Shown: in pieces, positions 63,786-64,000 of the stretch | Numbering within the stretch: the stretch's first letter is position 1 | Layout of the letters: the number at the start of each line of letters is the position of its first letter | Virus record (IMG/VR): IMGVR_UViG_3300009184_000029 | Coordinates: 1 to 64,000 of that record | Length of the DNA stretch: 64,000 bases | Direction: 5' to 3' (one strand) | Program-made: the position numbers and the translations under genes | The notes under the pieces: model-generated | Database searches by the model: none | What the model saw: only the letters and a program-made list of their open reading frames with translations | What the model was told of the DNA's origin: nothing

Positions 63786-64000
63786 GTGAGTGATAACATT
63801 TTAAAAAGCTTCGAAGTTAAAGAAACACTTAATCCCAAAGTTTGGGATGACTATAAATCTTTGGATAATGCCAAATTAAAATCTGACATTAGAAAAAGTC
63901 TTCTTCAGGTTGCTGAAGAATTTATTTATTTTGTAGATGTTGATTTGGAAATTAGTGATATCGTACTAATGGGTTCATTAGTTAACTTTAATTGGTCCAA
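63786..64000 (+). CDS. Pol-beta-like nucleotidyltransferase, N-terminal part (3' truncated, GTG start)
   Basis: Manual translation ...TLNPKVWD...IRKSLLQVAEEF...ISDIVLMGSLVNFNWS; TATTTATA at 63774-63781. Confidence 0.65.
   Translation, partial: MSDNILKSFEVKETLNPKVWDDYKSLDNAKLKSDIRKSLLQVAEEFIYFVDVDLEISDIVLMGSLVNFNWS

Noticed and set aside
1-64000. Stop-codon reassignment as seen in some large Bacteroidota phages
   Set aside because: Conserved enzymes are uninterrupted in code 11, and TAA, TAG and TGA all end genes at sensible boundaries.
1-64000. cas genes or a reverse transcriptase explaining the arrays (CRISPR-Cas locus or diversity-generating retroelement)
   Set aside because: No Cas1/Cas2/Cas9/Cas13 or RT motifs in any ORF here. 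The three spacers share no fixed non-A scaffold as DGR variants would. They could lie outside the window.
1-64000. Bacterial chromosome or eukaryotic giant virus origin
   Set aside because: Gene density, the many short orphans and isolated metabolic genes fit a phage. The tmRNA, bacterial terminators and Bacteroidota promoters exclude a eukaryotic virus.

Overview
A 64 kb segment of a large (jumbo/huge) tailed-phage genome. It is AT-rich, uses genetic code 11 and is densely packed with short ORFs. The host is very probably Bacteroidota: at least 11 TAnnTTTG -7 promoter boxes sit directly before genes, Shine-Dalgarno motifs are generally absent, and the GSII and DUF2452-like genes are Bacteroidota-type. 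Recognisable genes: histidine kinase (partial) plus response regulator, thyA, rmlA, rmlC, glutamine synthetase II, acyl-CoA thioesterase, GT2, LpxH-like phosphoesterase, GT32, M23+GH19 hydrolase, NUDIX, FKBP PPIase, DHH phosphoesterase, HNH, several peptidases, ClpC-like ATPase, KTSC, a partial nucleotidyltransferase, tRNA-Arg(UCU) and a tmRNA with an atypical tag. Three larger patterns stand out. (1) CRISPR-like 36-nt repeat / 30-nt spacer units lie in-frame in the 3' ends of members of a small paralogous phage protein family. One repeat closely resembles type VI-B (Cas13b) direct repeats, and there are no cas genes in the window. (2) About 40 otherwise unrelated ORFs share short N-terminal leaders ending in (I/L)-x-E (MKYLITESQ, MNLQEHIRRVLREE, MKKVVRLTESDL and others). 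These look like a capsid-targeting/prohead-protease cassette system carrying variable enzymatic cargo (ART-like, kinase, ParB-like, GNAT, nuclease-like, annexin-like). (3) Two promoter classes partition the genes: a phage-type TATTTAT(A) box usually a few nt before the ATG of leader-bearing genes, and the host-type TAnnTTTG box before leader-free genes. All family assignments are by eye from motifs; no database searches were run.
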